NCBI GenBank assembly: GCA_964016885.1
Contig: OZ024764.1
Span: 25,172,001-25,236,000, forward strand
Reading direction: 5' to 3'
Source: Eledone cirrhosa
Taxonomy: Eukaryota
DNA: 64,000 nucleotides
Part shown: piece by piece, positions 1 to 14,400 of the stretch
Layout of the letters: every line of letters starts with the position of its first letter
Position numbering within the stretch: position 1 is the stretch's first letter
Position numbers and translations under genes: made by a program
The notes under the pieces: generated by a model
The model's input: only the letters and a program-made list of their open reading frames with translations
Told to the model about the DNA's origin: nothing
Database searches by the model: none

Positions 1-778
1 TCGGCCGGTAGAAATTAGCGAAACGCAACTTCCGTATTGTGTAGACAAACGCTCAATGGATATAAAGAAGATAGCAGAGCTATAAACATAAGTTAAAAAG
101 GTCATACAAACTGAGACGATGGTTAAGAAGCCATTAACCACCAGAGCCAAATAAGCGAACCAGCTAAACGGGTCAAACAAAATAAGATATGATTGAAATA
201 GTTACCCGGACCCTCGGGGAAGATGCAATACTCCGAATTTGGGTTTCTGCAACAACTAAATCAATAATACTGTCTGTTTATAAAAAATAAGCTTTTGGTA
301 TAATGATCGAACAAGGCATCGCTTTCTCAACAGGCATTTTGTTCTTCGTGGTCCAGAATCTAACAGGTTATGAAAGCACATGTGAGGTTCTAAGGGGAGA
401 AAACCCCTATTTTGGCCAGTGAATTCAGCGTGTGTAGATATTGCAAACATTTGCAAAAACAGCACAAAACGAATTAAGCTTTCTACCGAGTTGTTTTTAA
501 AATAAACTTAAGCGATTAATCAGTCAATAGAATTAACTAAAAAGCCAAAAAAATTAACTGGTTAATCGCTTGACTTGGGAGATTAATACAAATATAAATT
601 TAGCGAGAATCGCAATTCGGCGGGTAGAAATTAGCGAAACGCAACTTCCGTATTGTGTAGACAAGTGGTCCATGGATATAAAGAAGATACCAGAGCTATA
701 TATATATAGAGAGGCAAAATGAATAATGAAAGAGTTACAAGCCGTTAAAACATATCTTTATAAAGCTCTTACATATGT

Positions 779-809
<31 letters not shown>

Positions 810-1057
810 TCATCATCATTTTATGTCCGCTTTTCCCTGCTTGCAAGGGTTGGGCTCTCAGCAGCACTGGCCATGTTTTTCGTGGTCTTCCTCTACTGCG
901 TCTTCCTTCTACTGGGATTTTTTGGCACCTCTTTACCCAGTGGTCATCCTCGATGCGCATCACTTGTCCATACCATCTTAGTCTTCTCTCCTGCACACCA
1001 CAACTTATCCCCAGTTTCTCTCTCAACTCATCTATGCTCTTGTCGTTCACGCACATT

Positions 1058-1191
<134 letters not shown>

Positions 1192-1199
1192 TATAAGGG

Positions 1200-1870
1200 A
1201 TAACAAAATATCGTTATAGGTAATCCAGGTAGAGGTTGTGAATACTCTGTATTGTGGTTAGTCTTAGTCTACGGCGTTGTTTGACTCGACAAGAGGTTTC
1301 CGTAGGTGGCAAGTATTTGAGTTCTCTTGAATTCCTATGTAAGTTTATCTTGGAGTAATAATATTGAAAGAGTGAAGAATAACATGGTCAACAGTACAAA
1401 AAGGGTTTTATTTACAGTATTAACAATTGTTTCACTGATTAAGTTGTCTAAAAATTGCTGAACACTTGAAGCTGTGCCACTCAATTTTAAATATGTTGTT
1501 AGCTTAACCAGATCATCAGAATATTTTAAAATATGGAATAATTCCATATTGCAAATATAGTGTACCTATGTACTATAACTTTAGGTAACTTAGCATAGCA
1601 CCATATAGGTTCGACTGCGGGGTTCAAGAAAAGGTGGTATGTCCACAGACATTCTATAAATAACCGTAAACTTATGAACACAACGACACTCGCTAATAAA
1701 ATATGGCAGCTCAAAGATACAAACCAGGAATACAGAATTAACTGGTTGAAGTTGTCAACGGTAATGGCCTACTGAATTGGCATGTCCTATTGTAAACTTT
1801 GCAATATGGAATTATTCCATATTTTAAAAAATAACAGCAAAATTGAACGAACAATTTTCTGTAGGCATAA
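1200..1870. mobile_element. Penelope-like GIY-YIG fragment with internal inversion
   Basis: + strand IGSTAGFKKRWYVHRHS...TLANKIWQLK...CKLCNME; 1522-1554 is an inverted copy of about 1797-1830. Confidence 0.65.
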
Positions 1871-2296
1871 AACAGCGAGCGAATTCGATAATTTCCAACC
1901 AACTTAATTCATCCCATCTATTCCATAAGTCAAATTGTACCACCTGAATCTATTATCATCATCACTTTGCAGTGGAATAATAGGGACCCCAGTCCTATAA
2001 TCTCATTTCTACAGCTGAGTAAACTGGAGCAATGTGAAATAAAGTGTCTTGCTCAAGGAAACAACACATCACCATGTCTGAGAATTGAACTCACAACCTA
2101 AATTTGAAGACTAAAATCCAAAGAGGGCTCCATAAGGATAAATCTATATCAAATATATAAGAACCCAGAGCAAATATTTATTAAAATAACAGATTAAAGT
2201 TTAAGCAAAGAATTGCTGCTTTCACCCTTAATGTTAAGGATGAATGCAGTGATTCTTTGCTTAAACTTTAATCTGTTATTTTAATAAATATATATA

Positions 2297-3330
2297 TATC
2301 ACCATCATCATCATCATCATCATCGTTTAACGTCCATCTTCCACGCTTGCATGGGTTTGGACGGGAGTTTTCCCACTTGAGGCAAGAGTGGTTGTCTTGC
2401 TAGTATAGGACTGTCTGGCGGGCTTTCTACGGCTGGATGCCCTTCCTAACACCGACCACGTTTACAGTGTGGACTGGAAGGTTTTTACCGTGTTACCTAC
2501 AAGGCCACATTACAGCGTGGACTGTGTGTTTTTTTGTCGTGACACCTACACGACCTCATTTGTTTTGGACTGGATGTTGTGTTACCAACATAACTTTACA
2601 TTGAAAGCGGTAGTGTGGATGGGGTGGGGGTAGTGGGACGGGGGTGTATTTTTGTTAGAGGTGCCTACTGCCTGTAGTAGGTTTCACTTTGTACTTAGGT
2701 AAGGCGGGTCTTCTGTATTACTGTGTAGCGCCAAAGATCTCGGTCCAGTGACATTGTCTTGGAGAGGTGTAAGTGTGTGAGGTCGGAATTTATCAAGTTA
2801 TCCCAGGTTTTTCTGGGTCTGCCTACTCCGTGGCTACCGTCTATTTTTATTGCCCTGCACTTTTTTATACAGCTGTCGTCTTTCATGCGCATCACGTGAC
2901 CGTACCAACGTAGTCTTCTCTCGAGTAAACAACATCTGATCCCTCTTATTTCTAATTTTTCCCCTAGTTTGTTTATGCTTTGCCGTTCACGTATATTACT
3001 GTTACACATCCAGCGGAGCATGCAAGCTTCGTTCCTCTCCAGTCTTGCCCAGGTCTCACTGCCATGCAACATTGCTGTTCGTATGCAGGCATCATACAGC
3101 CTGCCTTTCATTTTTAGAGAGAACCCTTTAGCGGCTAATAGTGGTATAAGCTCTCTGAACTTTTTCCATCCAGTTCTGACTCTAGCTACTGTACTTTCAG
3201 AGCACCCTCCCCCACTGCTGATTTTGTCACCCAAGTAACGGAAGGTGTCCACTATTTCTATAGAACCATCTGTGCAATGGAATGAGCTAGTATCCCCTGG
3301 GCACTTGCTGCTACTTATTGCACCAGAGCA
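2297..3330 (-). mobile_element. 5'-truncated copy of the (GAT)n-tailed RTE family
   Basis: ORF 2695-3252 nearly identical to the C-terminus of ORF 48623-49345; same 3'UTR. Smaller or related copies at about 808-1060(-), 3360-3585(-), 20550-20790(-), 44120-44320(+), 51730-51990(+), 52395-52880(-), 62000-62390(+). Confidence 0.9.
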
Positions 3331-3619
3331 TTATATATATATATATATATATATGTATTCATCATCATCATCATCATCATTTTACGTCCGCTTTTCCCTG
3401 CTTGCAAGGGTGAGACAGGAACTGATGCTGGCTTGATTTCTACAACTGGATGCACTTCCTAACACCAACCTCATTTACAGTGAGGGCTGGCTGCTTTCTT
3501 TCCCTGGCGCCTACACGTCCACTTTACAGTGTGGGCTGGATACTTTTTTACCGTGGCACCTCCACGACCACTTTGCAGTGGAATGATAGGGACCCCAGTC
3601 CCTATCATCTCATTTCTAC

Positions 3620-3730
3620 AGCTGAGTCAACTGGAGCAATGTGAAATAAAGTGTCTTGCTCAAGGAAACAACACATACCCCGGTCTTTCGATTGCAAGGC
3701 CAAATGCTCTAACCACTAAGCCATGTGCCT

Positions 3731-3732
<2 letters not shown>
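3620..3732 (-). mobile_element. tRNA-derived SINE, second family
   Basis: minus strand ggcacatggcttagtggttagagc...ccttgagcaagacacttt; related copies at about 2010-2100(-) and 45780-46070(+). Confidence 0.7.
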
Positions 3733-3769
<37 letters not shown>

Positions 3770-4102
3770 AAAGAATAGAGGTGTAACACACAAGTTATGA
3801 TATATTGGTAAACGGAATAGAAAATGCCGACAAATTGTTCACAGTGAAAAATAGTTTAATTAGGAATAAGTGAGAATTAGTAATGGTATTGGTTAGTATT
3901 AAGTTTTGGTTTTAAGTCTGATCAGAGCAAACATCACGGACGCTCTATCTCAAAATTATTTTTGAAAAGCATTAGAAATGCGCAACCGGTAAAACTTAAA
4001 ACCAAAACTTAATACTAACCAATACCATTACTAATTCTCACTTATTCCTAATTAAACTAATTTTCACTGTGAACAATTTGTCGGCATTTTCTATTCCGTT
4101 TA

Positions 4103-4162
<60 letters not shown>

Positions 4163-4529
4163 AGGCAGCTAATCATTTTGCAACATATTTTTTCATCTTC
4201 AAGTGTCTTCACGCTATTTCATAGAGTCTCCGCCCACACTACTATTTACATTAATTCTCTTCTATATTTTAAAACAGATTCGTGATTGCTTCAGCTATAT
4301 TTGTAGTTATAGTGGGCATTATATATGGAGTGAACAATATTAAACACAAAAGTGAAAATATTTCAACAGATTTAGGTAAAATAAATATGATTTTCCCCAT
4401 CATTTCTCTTTTTTCTTTGAAATAAATTTTTTATATTCATTCTTCTTATTTTTCATCATGAGAGTTCCGTCATTTTCTTCTCATCCAAATATTTTCACTC
4501 AATGTAGTTGCTAATTCATTGTTTTCTAG

Positions 4530-4573
<44 letters not shown>

Positions 4574-4652
4574 CCAGAATCAGTTCCCGTCCCACCCTTG
4601 CAAGCAGGGAAAAGTGGACGTAAAATGAAAATGAAAAAAAAATGAAATGAAA

Positions 4653-4701
<49 letters not shown>

Positions 4702-5936
4702 GAATGTTGAGTTAAAAACTCACAATATTCCCTTATAATCAAATAAAATCAAGTAAGAAATTCTGAGCTTTTATAACACAGTAATATACACACATATATA
4801 TAAAACCACCAGGGTAATGAATATATTAACTACAGATAGAATAGTTTATGTAAATTAATTAAAAGAATAAATGAAAGTATACAAACCGACTATAATAACT
4901 ATTCACATCCAGACATGTTGAGACCTGGGCAGAGGTTGTGAGAACTGACCTCAAATCACTATGTTTCACAGAGGTGATGACAAAGGATTGTGACATGTGG
5001 AAAGATGCTTTGCTGGGAAGGACTCATGCAATCCAAGCAAGCGTGGAATGACCTGGGCAGAGGTTGTGTGAGCTGGCCTCAAATCACACGTGTGTGTGTG
5101 TGTATTTTAGTCTTCTAATAATTATTTAGCTGTGATGAGCATATCTATCAGGCACATCCACTGATGAGCAATTTCTCATCTATATCACCTCACTTAATTG
5201 TCAAACATTTTTATTTTGAAATGTCATTTCTTCTGAACTGGTTCAGACAGTCGGATAACATGGCCCAGGTCTTGCTAGTGTGGAGCAACACACTTCTCAC
5301 ACAGAAGTTGTAAATCTGCCCCTTGGTGACTTATGGCAGCCAGTGTGTCTCGGAGATTGGGTAAAGCTGCCTAACCTTGTTCCATGTGGAGTTGCACCAC
5401 ACGATGGCAGCAAACTCAGCTCCACCTCCAGCCAACAACATGGGTTTGGTTTAATATTCCTAGAACATTACAAAATATGGCAGACTCTGATCAGAGCTTG
5501 CCCACAGACATGTCCACACTACTACACTGGATGAGCAAGAAAGAGACTGACGCTCTCAAAGAAGCAGGCCATATCACTAATACCCCTCCCTTCATGTGAC
5601 ATCACAGCCATAATATTTCTGGTAAGGCCCCCATAACTCCACAATAGTTATATTATTATAGGCAATGCTCATCCACTGTATTGAAAATTGATGTTTTAAA
5701 TCTATAAGAATTACATCTTAAAGAAGATGTTTTGCATTAATTTGCCTTCAATGAACACAACCATGTTTAGGAGTATTTGATGTCATCAGAGTCCAACATA
5801 TACTGGGTATTTTGACTCTTAACACCTTCTCACTGGTGGCCAAATCACTGCTTATCTCTCCTTCTACATATTCAACAAGATTATCAATAGATATTTTTTT
5901 CTTACTCTAACCCATCATTTCTGTGAATATTTTTAG

Positions 5937-6053
5937 ACAACCAAAACATGGCTTGTGAGGATTTCTGGAAATATAGTTGTGATAGCTATATCACATCATT
6001 GAAGAGGGGTGTAAAAGATGATATGCAACATTCCACTAATACAGAGGTTATGG
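5937..6053 (+). CDS. M13 peptidase (neprilysin/ECE-like) gene, first identifiable exon
   Basis: ttttag|...|gtatgt; encodes NQNMACEDFWKYSCDSYITSLKRGVKDDMQHSTNTEVM(G), matching the neprilysin PCxDFxxYAC motif; phase 1 at both ends. Confidence 0.8.
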
Positions 6054-6309
6054 GTATGTATTAAACTTATATCTTCAACAAGTTGTAATCAACCTATTGG
6101 TAGAGTGTCAGACACAATGCTTTGAAGCATAGAGTAATGGCCCTTTACATTCTGAGTTCAAATCCCACTGTGGTTAGCTCTGTCTTTCATCCTTACGGGG
6201 TCGATAAAATAAAGTACCAGTCATGCACTGGGGTCGATTTAATCGACTTTCCCCTTCCCCCAAAATTGCTGTATAAAAACCATTACTTCTACTACTACTT
6301 CTACTACTT

Positions 6310-6357
<48 letters not shown>

Positions 6358-7140
6358 TGTTGTCCTTAGGGCATACTCCTTGTCGTGGCCACAAGAGTGT
6401 CAGTTACGAAGCTTGGTTAGATGTGATGAGGAAGGATAAAAGTAACTGGGTGATGAGATTAGAGCTAGTGGTTGATGTTGTGAAGAGAAATGGAATGATA
6501 TGGTTGGGTCATGTGTTGAGGAAAGATAAAAGTGGCTGGTTGAGAGAAATAGAACTAGTGATGGATGTTGTGATGAGAAATTGAATGAGATGGTTGGATG
6601 ATGATTTGAAGAAGGATGAAAGTAACTGGGTGAGAGGAGTAGAGCCAGGGATGAATGTTGGTGCCAAGCTGTATCAGCCTTTGCATTTCCCTTGGACAAC
6701 ATTATATACAGTGTGTATATATTGGGTATATATGGAGTCTATATGAATTACAACATTACCAGTGCCAAGCTGAATTGGCCATTGCCTTTCCCTTGGACAT
6801 CATCAGTGGCATATAGAGGGGAGACTGGCATGCGTGGATGACTGCTGGTCTTCCATAAAAACAACTTGTGCCTTGGATGGCAATTTTCTAGGTGGAAACC
6901 CAAGTTTATTTATGACTGAAGGAGGCTACAAATCTGGAAGTGAGCTCTTAATTACACAAGTTAAACACTCAGAGTTGTAAATAATATAGGGTATATTTCT
7001 TAGCCCTTTAACATTTAAACTGGCCGTATCAGGCCAGAATTCTCTCACCCCTTTCTGTTCAAAACGTCTGTAACCAACTGCTTACACTAATGTTAAGGTA
7101 CTGTGCTCAAAATAAATTTTATCAATATCTCATAGATTCG

Positions 7141-10100
7141 ATATTATGTGAGATATTATGTGAGGTAAAGCCTTTACTGTGACAATACAATAGTATATAT
7201 AGAGTAATGTAAATGTTATGTGAGATATTATGTGAGGTAAAGCCTTTACTGTGAAAATACAATAGTATATATAGAGTAATGTAAATGTTATGTGAGATAT
7301 TATGTGAGGTAAAGCCTTTACTGTGAAAATACAATAGTATATATAGAGTAATGTAAATGTTATATGAGGTATTATGTGAGGTAAAGTCTTTACTGTGAAA
7401 ATACAATAGTATATATAGAGTAATGTAAATGTTATGTGAGATATTATGTGAGGTAAAGCCTTTACTGTGACGATACAATAGTATATATAGAGTAATGTAA
7501 ATGTTATGTGAGATATTATGTGAGGTAAAGCCTTTACTGTGACAATACAATAGTATATATAGAGTAATGTAAATGTTATGTGAGATATTATGTGAGGTAA
7601 AGCCTTTACTGTGACAATACAATAGTATATCTAGAGTAATGTAAATGCTATGTGAGATATTATGTGAGGTAAAGCCTTTACTGTGACAATACAATAGTAT
7701 ATATAGAGTAATGTAAATGTTATGTGAGATATTATGTGAGGTAAAGCCTTTACTGTGACAATACAATAGTATATATAGAGTAATGTAAATGTTATGTGAG
7801 ATATTATGTGAGGTAAAGCCTTTACTGTGACAATACAATAGTATATATAGAGTAATGTAAATGTTATGTGAGATATTATGTGAGGTAAAGCCTTTACTGT
7901 GACAATACAATAGTATATATAGAGTAATGTAAATGTTGTGTGAGATATTATGTGAGGTAAAGCCTTTACTGTGACAATACAATAGTATATATAGAGTAAT
8001 GTAAATGTTATGTGAGATATTATGTGAGGTAAAGCCTTTACTGTGACAATACAATAGTATATATAGAGTAATGTAAATGTTATGTGAGATATTATGTGAG
8101 GTAAAGCCTTTACTGTGACAATACAATAGTATATATAGAGTAATGTAAATGCTATGTGAGATATTATGTGAGGTAAAGCCTTTACTGTGACAATACAATA
8201 GTATATATAGAGTAATGTAAATGTTATGTGAGATATTATGTGAGGTAAAGCCTTTACTGTGACAATACAATAGTATATATAGAGTAATGTAAATGCTATG
8301 TGAGATATTATGTGAGGTAAAGCCTTTACTGTGACAATACAATAGTATATATAGAGTAATGTAAATGCTATGTGAGATATTATGTGAGGTAAAGCCTTTA
8401 CTGTGACAATACAATAGTATATATAGAGTAATGTAAATGCTATGTGAGATATTATGTGAGGTAAAGCCTTTACTGTGACAATACAATAGTATATATAGAG
8501 TAATGTAAATGCTATGTGAGATATTATGTGAGGTAAAGCCTTTACTGTGACAATACAATAGTATATATAGAGTAATGTAAATGTTATGTGAGATATTATG
8601 TGAGGTAAAGCCTTTACTGTGACAATACAATAGTATATATAGAGTAATGTAAATGTTGTGTGAGATATTATGTGAGGTAAAGCCTTTACTGTGACAATAC
8701 AATAGTATATATAGAGTAATGTAAATGTTATGTGAGATATTATGTGAGGTAAAGCCTTTACTGTGACAATACAATAGTATATATAGAGTAATGTAAATGT
8801 TATGTGAGGTATTATGTGAGGTAAAGCCTTTACTGTGACAATACAATAGTATATATAGAGTAACGTAAATGCTATGTGAGATATTATGTGAGGTAAAGCC
8901 TTTACTGTGACAATACAATAGTATATATAGAGTAATGTAAATGTTATGTGAGATATTATGTGAGGTAAAGCCTTTACTGTGACAATACAATAGTATATAT
9001 AGAGTAATGTAAATGCTATGTGAGATATTATGTGAGGTAAAGCCTTTACTGTGACAATACAATAGTATATATAGAGTAATGTAAATGTTATGTGAGATAT
9101 TATGTGAGGTAAAGCCTTTACTGTGACAATACAATAGTATATATAGAGTAATGTAAATGCTATGTGAGATATTATGTGAGGTAAAGCCTTTACTGTGACA
9201 ATACAATAGTATATATAGAGTAATGTAAATGCTATGTGAGATATTATGTGAGGTAAAGCCTTTACTGTGACAATACAATAGTATATATAGAGTAATGTAA
9301 ATGTTATGTGAGATATTATGTGAGGTAAAGCCTTTACTGTGACAATACAATAGTATATATAGAGTAATGTAAATGTTGTGTGAGATATTATGTGAGGTAA
9401 AGCCTTTACTGTGACAATACAATAGTATATATAGAGTAATGTAAATGTTATGTGAGATATTATGTGAGGTAAAGCCTTTACTGTGACAATACAATAGTAT
9501 ATATAGAGTAATGTAAATGTTATGTGAGGTATTATGTGAGGTAAAGCCTTTACTGTGACAATACAATAGTATATATAGAGTAACGTAAATGCTATGTGAG
9601 ATATTATGTGAGGTAAAGCCTTTACTGTGACAATACAATAGTATATATAGAGTAATGTAAATGTTATGTGAGATATTATGTGAGGTAAAGCCGTTACTGT
9701 GACAATACAATAGTATATATAGAGTAATGTAAATGCTATGTGAGGTATTATGTGAGGTAAAGCCTTTACTGTGACAATACAATAGTATATATAGAGTAAT
9801 GTAAATGTTATGTGAGATATTATGTGAGGTAAAGCCTTTACTGTGACAATACAATAGTATATATAGAGTAATGTAAATGTTATGTGAGATATTATGTGAG
9901 GTAAAGCCTTTACTGTGACAATACCATAGTATATATAGAGTAATGTAAATGTTATGTGAGATATTATGTGAGGTAAACCCTTTACTGTGACAATACAATA
10001 GTATATATAGAGTAATGTAAATGCTATGTGAGATATTATGTGAGGTAAAGCCTTTACTGTGAAAATACAATAGTATATATAGAGTAATGTAAATGTTATG

Positions 10101-11165
10101 TGAGATATTATGTGAGATAAAGCCTTTACTGTGACAATACAATAGTATATATAGAGTAATGTAAATGTTATGTGAGATATTATGTGAGGTAAAGCCTTTA
10201 CTGTGACAATACAATAGTATATATAGAGTAATGTAAATGTTATGTGAGGTATTATGTGAGGTAAAGCCTTTACTGTGACAATACAATAGTATATATAGAG
10301 TAATGTAAATGTTATGTGAGATATTATGTGAGGTAAAGCCTTTACTGTGACAATACAATAGTATATATAGAGTAATGTAAATGTTGTGTGAGATATTATG
10401 TGAGGTAAAGCCTTTACTGTGACAATACAATAGTATATATAGAGTAATGTAAATGTTATGTGAGATATTATGTGAGGTAAAGCCTTTACTGTGACAATAC
10501 AATAGTATATATAGAGTAATGTAAATGTTATGTGAGGTATTATGTGAGGTAAAGCCTTTACTGTGACAATACAATAGTATATATAGAGTAACGTAAATGC
10601 TATGTGAGATATTATGTGAGGTAAAGCCTTTACTGTGACAATACAATAGTATATATAGAGTAATGTAAATGTTATGTGAGATATTATGTGAGGTAAAGCC
10701 TTTACTGTGACAATACAATAGTATATATAGAGTAATGTAAATGCTATGTGAGGTATTATGTGAGGTAAAGCCTTTACTGTGACAATACAATAGTATATAT
10801 AGAGTAATGTAAATGTTATGTGAGATATTATGTGAGGTAAAGCCTTTACTGTGACAATACAATAGTATATATAGAGTAATGTAAATGTTATGTGAGATAT
10901 TATGTGAGGTAAAGCCTTTACTGTGACAATACCATAGTATATATAGAGTAATGTAAATGTTATGTGAGATATTATGTGAGGTAAACCCTTTACTGTGACA
11001 ATACAATAGTATATATAGAGTAATGTAAATGCTATGTGAGATATTATGTGAGGTAAAGCCTTTACTGTGAAAATACAATAGTATATATAGAGTAATGTAA
11101 ATGTTATGTGAGATATTATGTGAGATAAAGCCTTTACTGTGACAATACAATAGTATATATAGAGT
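7141..11165. repeat. 72-bp satellite array, left part (~56 units)
   Basis: unit atattatgtgaggtaaagcctttactgtgacaatacaatagtatatatagagtaatgtaaatgttatgtgag, highly homogeneous. Confidence 0.98.
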
Positions 11166-11402
11166 GGTTTCTTTATTTGCCACTAGGGCACAAAAGGTAG
11201 GGACAGATACAAGGGGGGAAGTTTACATATAATTAACGAGTACAAAAATATAACAATGAAATAACAACAACAAACGAAGTCCTCAATAGGGAGGGGGCAT
11301 TAACATGGGTCGCACACACCCCGGAAAAAATGTGTAACCCTTCTCCTCAGGAGCACAAAGAGTAGGTGCTTCCCTCGTCTCCTCTTTTTCCTCTTCTTTC
11401 AC

Positions 11403-14400
11403 CTACAGGCTGATATAGAGAGAAGACCCATTCACTCTGGCCATTCTCCCTACTTTCACCCACCTTTCATAAAACTTGCTGGGGTAGAGCACCTCTCTCT
11501 CCATTCTGATCCTTCTTTTAAAATGGTATTTGAAAAAGGGGACCAGTTGTTGGCCGGAGAGAAAGGTGTCTGACCTCAGCCCTTTCAGCCTCGTCCACCA
11601 TACAACTTCTTTAGCCATGGCTACCACACAGAGAAAAACCGCCTCTCCTTCGTTTTTGAAAGGGGGAGGCGGTTTGATCGTGACAATGGACTCGGTGGTC
11701 AACCGGATTGGTCCCACCCTCGACAGTAGTCGTTCCACATAGCCCCACAGGTCAGCAATGCCTGGGCAGTGTACGAATGCGTGCGCAACGGTTTCGTCAT
11801 CATGCACGCATCTCGGACAGATCTTATTCAAAGGATCTCTACCCAGGCTCCCATGCCTGTGGAGCTTGTCTCGAACGGGTAGAGCCCCTCGGTAGCACTG
11901 CCAAGCCAGGGACTTTTGGAAGTTGTCCATCGGTCCAGGGCCAAACGTCCTACCGAACAGAATGGCCAGTTCATCTTCCTCCATGCCTAGAGCTTCTCCG
12001 AGAGCATCGTCGCACCTGCTGCGTACCAACCCTCTATAGAATGTCGAGGTGGAGTCTCCACTGATTGCCGGGTCCGCTTTCCAGAGAGCCGTGAGCGCCT
12101 GGGCACATTCAATGTGCCAGTCGCCCACTTTTCTCGGTCTTTGCTTGACCCAGGATTGCAGCTCGGTGAGCGAGACGAGTCTGGGAAAGGCTCACCTCAC
12201 AAACGGGGCCCACACCGGTTGACCGGTGAGGAATACCTGGAGGTGCCGTAGCCTTAATGCGTGTTTACGCATCTGTAGCCACGGCATCCCCAGCCCTCCT
12301 TTCGAAGGGTGTTGACAGCAGATGGATCTCCTCGCCAAAGGGGTCCGCTTGTTCCAAAGAAATTGGACTCCATTTTGGCGAGTCTTTTCACTGGGCAAGG
12401 CACGACGGTCAAGCGGTAGTAGATGACGGATGCTATATAAGTATTCGCCACCTCCGCTCGACCTTTCAGGGATAGTTTGCACTGGGCCCACTTCTGGGTG
12501 AGTGCAAACACCCTGGCCGTTACCTCGTTCCAGTTTTTCTCCACCTGGAGGTCTGGTCCGAACCAGACCCCAAGCAGCTTCACCGGGCCCTCCGTCCAGC
12601 GTCCGACGACGTCGTTGGAGGGCATCGGTTTGCCTCTCCATGTTCCGAGTTGCAAACCGACGGACTTGTCCCGGTTCAGCTTGGCTCCTGTAAACCTTTC
12701 ATATTCCTCCAGTAAGGTGCCGATCTCACCGATTTGCGAGGTTTTCGACACCATTACTGTCACGTCATCGGCGTAGGCCGACGCCGCTTTCTGCAATCCC
12801 GGTTCCAAAGGGATGCCCTGCAACCGCTCCAACTTCCGCAGTAGTGGCTCAAGAGCCAGCACATACAGTAGGGAGGAGAGAGGGCATCCCTGTCGGATGG
12901 ATCGCATGATTTGGAACGGCTCCGAGAGGTGGCCGTTCACCTTGACCCTTGAGCAGACGTTGCTGCTGTGCATCGCAGCAATCCAACCCCTGAAAACGGG
13001 TCCGAAGCCTGCCGCCGCGAGCACCGCATCCAGGTAACGATGGTCAACCCTATCGAAAGCTTTAGATTGATCCAAGTTGATCAGGGCCCCACCAAAGCCG
13101 GGTTCATTCCCTACCCTCTCTATGATGTATCGCATAAGGTGGAGATTGTCGTGAATGGACCTGGACGGGATTGCGCATGTCTGCGCTTCTCCCACCAGGT
13201 TTCCAACGACAAGCGCCAACCTCTTCGCTAACACCTTGGCCAAAATCTTTAACTCTGTATTTAGCAGAGTTATGGGCCTGAAGTTACTTATGTCATCCCC
13301 CTTGTTCTCATCCTTCCTCACCAGCGTAACTACGCCCTTGGTCACAGAACTGGGAATTCTCCCGTTCTGCTGCCAGTTGCAGTAGACCGCTTCGAGGATA
13401 TCGGAGAACAAGTCCGGCATCGCTACATATAGCTCGTATGGTAGACCATCGAGACCCGGGGATTTGCGTTTGCCGCATTGGCTCAGCGCCGCCCCTATCT
13501 CAGCAGCTGAAATCGTCCTTTCGCAGGACTTCGCCTCCGCGTCCGAGAGGCGCGGCAGACCGTCGAGGTATGGATTGAAATCCATAGTCTCACCCGGCGC
13601 GCCGCCCCTCTCGAACAGTCGTGCAAAGTGCCGCTGAAAGGCCGCACACATCTGCCCAGGTTCAAGGATCACACGCCCATCCTGGTCCTTCAAAGACCGA
13701 ATCGTGGACTTGTTCCCACTTTTTGCCTCTGTCACTCGGGCCCAGCTTACAGCTTTGGCTCCCTCATTACCCAGAGCACGTATTTTACTCCTGACAACGC
13801 AGCCTTCATGCTTCACCTCAAAGAACTGGTCTAAGGCCATTCTTGATGCCAGCACGCCGGCTACATTGCCACTCCTAATCGCCTCTTCTACTCTATCTAC
13901 TAATTCCCTTTCCGTCTTGTTCCTATCCCTTGCTAATTCCTGACTAAAACCTATCGATTCTATTCTAATTGCTCTCTTAAGAGAGCTCCACCACCTGTTG
14001 TTGACAATTGCCCCTGTCAAACTCTGCTTAACTAACGTGCTAATCCGTTTACTGTAAGCTTTGCTTCTCGGTAAGGACAAGTTCAGCTTCCAGTAACCGG
14101 GTCCCTGTCTATGGGTTCTATCAAGGTTGGCTATGCAGGTCACTAACTTGTGATCCGAATAGTCAACCATGAACATTTTTGGACAGCTAAATGTGTCCCT
14201 ATCGTTCTCTCTAACTAGGACCCTATCTAGGTACGACCTAGATGTTCCACTGCGATTGGTCCACGTCCATAGTGGTACAGTCGGAAAATCTAGTCGATAT
14301 CTATCGGCCAGGTCAAATCGGCCGATTAACCTTTTGAGGCTTTTACACCCCCCTCTATTGGCACATGCCCCTACATAGTCCCAACGTGCATCCAGGATAC

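Noticed and set aside
5280-5621. Possible upstream exon of the M13 gene ending at ctg|gtaagg
   Set aside because: Phase fits, but there is an in-frame TGA at 5597-5599 and no signal or transmembrane segment; unsupported
6357-6702. Short ORFs over a ~88-bp triple repeat
   Set aside because: Tandemly duplicated LINE C-terminal WxGHV remnant, not a host exon
7141-11165. CRISPR-like array
   Set aside because: Head-to-tail units with no unique spacers; eukaryotic context, no cas genes
7122-11183. 1353-aa repetitive ORF (also 16780-18294, 16728-17846, 31993-33066)
   Set aside because: By-product of a 72-bp (multiple of 3) satellite with stop-free frames; non-ATG start, MITE-derived, no coding evidence
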